NCBI GenBank assembly: GCA_963555755.3
Contig: OY820905.2
Span: 704,001-768,000 of the forward strand
Reading direction: 5' to 3'
Origin: Nitrospirales bacterium
GTDB lineage: Bacteria; Nitrospirota; Nitrospiria; Nitrospirales; UBA8639
DNA length: 64,000 bases
Both the position numbers and the translations under genes were made by a program. Below are positions 63,447 through 64,000 of this stretch, piece by piece. The notes beneath the pieces are model-generated. The model made no database searches. It saw only the letters and a program-made list of their open reading frames with translations, and was not told where the DNA came from. Each line of letters starts with the position of its first letter. Positions within the stretch are counted from its first letter, which is position 1.

Positions 63447-63699
63447 ATGATGCATTCGAAAAAAATCGCCATCGCGCTCCTGGCCCTGGTGGGGATCTTT
63501 GCTGTTGCCGCGCCAGCCATGGCGTCAACACTTAAACTCAGGGTGTACAACAAAACTAATGAAGCGGTGGGCGATGACGGGACGAAAATCAAGGTGTGGG
63601 TCTTCAAATACGATAATGGCCGGCGCGACTTGCAGAAAAGTCAGATCGCCAAACCGGGAGAAAAGAGCAAATTCAAATTTAATTTCACCGACTGTTACA
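63447..63699 (+). pseudogene. Secreted paralog unit 5, truncated by IS256
   Basis: Homology stops after TDCY at the IS end. Confidence 0.85.
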
Positions 63700-64000
63700 G
63701 AGCTATTGTCAAATCTAGTGTCTGAAGCGTTACTCACGCGGCGACCGGGTCCGTGGTTGTCTGTTCGATTCCATCGATAAATTGAATGTCCGCAACGACT
63801 TTGGGCAACTCTCGGAATCCTCGCAAGCGCCTCCATGTTTTCTCTGCGCATTGACCTAACTTGAACATCCTGTGCAATATGCCATCTCGCGTGAGACATC
63901 CCTTTGTGCGGATCGTCCGATGCCGAATCGTTCCAAAGGTCGATTCTCGATGGGATTGGTGGTCCGGAGACTCGGCCAATGGGCAGCCGGAAACGTATAG
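63700..64000 (-). mobile_element. IS256-family element, right end and transposase C-terminus
   Basis: ESTFGTIRHRT..TKGC, AEKTWRRLRG...F.DG; end sequence GAGCTATTGTCAA. Confidence 0.8.

Noticed and set aside
60600..63699. Integron cassette array
   Set aside because: I could not identify attC R''/R' boxes (RYYYAAC...GTTRRRY) with proper pairing. No integrase is in the window, and the genes are paralogs rather than unrelated cassettes.

Overview
Bacterial chromosome segment. Gene order and repeat style suggest Nitrospirales, but this is inference only. The core backbone carries envelope and LPS genes (PMM/PGM, manC, kdsC, lptFG, fabF, ACP, lpxD), two tandem B12-type radical SAM paralogs, a glycosylation cluster, purBSQ, nusB-ribH-ribBA, a NarK-type transporter, rpoH, groES/EL, queG and mutS2. 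It is heavily invaded by IS elements (IS1380, IS4, IS6, ISL3, IS1595, IS91 x2, IS30, IS256 and a Y1/RAYT-like HUH element) and by about 24 short hairpin MITE-like elements from several families. The left edge is a 5'-truncated Rhs toxin gene. The right 12 kb is an accessory island containing a split LexA-like gene with a GAAC-N4-GTTC operator, two TA pairs, a partial mutS2 duplicate, and an HUH element with a ladder of lengthening end repeats. The island ends in a tandem array of at least 5 cassette-like paralogs encoding small secreted proteins with conserved cysteines, each behind its own conserved leader. I saw no rRNA, tRNA or CRISPR array. All identities and counts are by eye.
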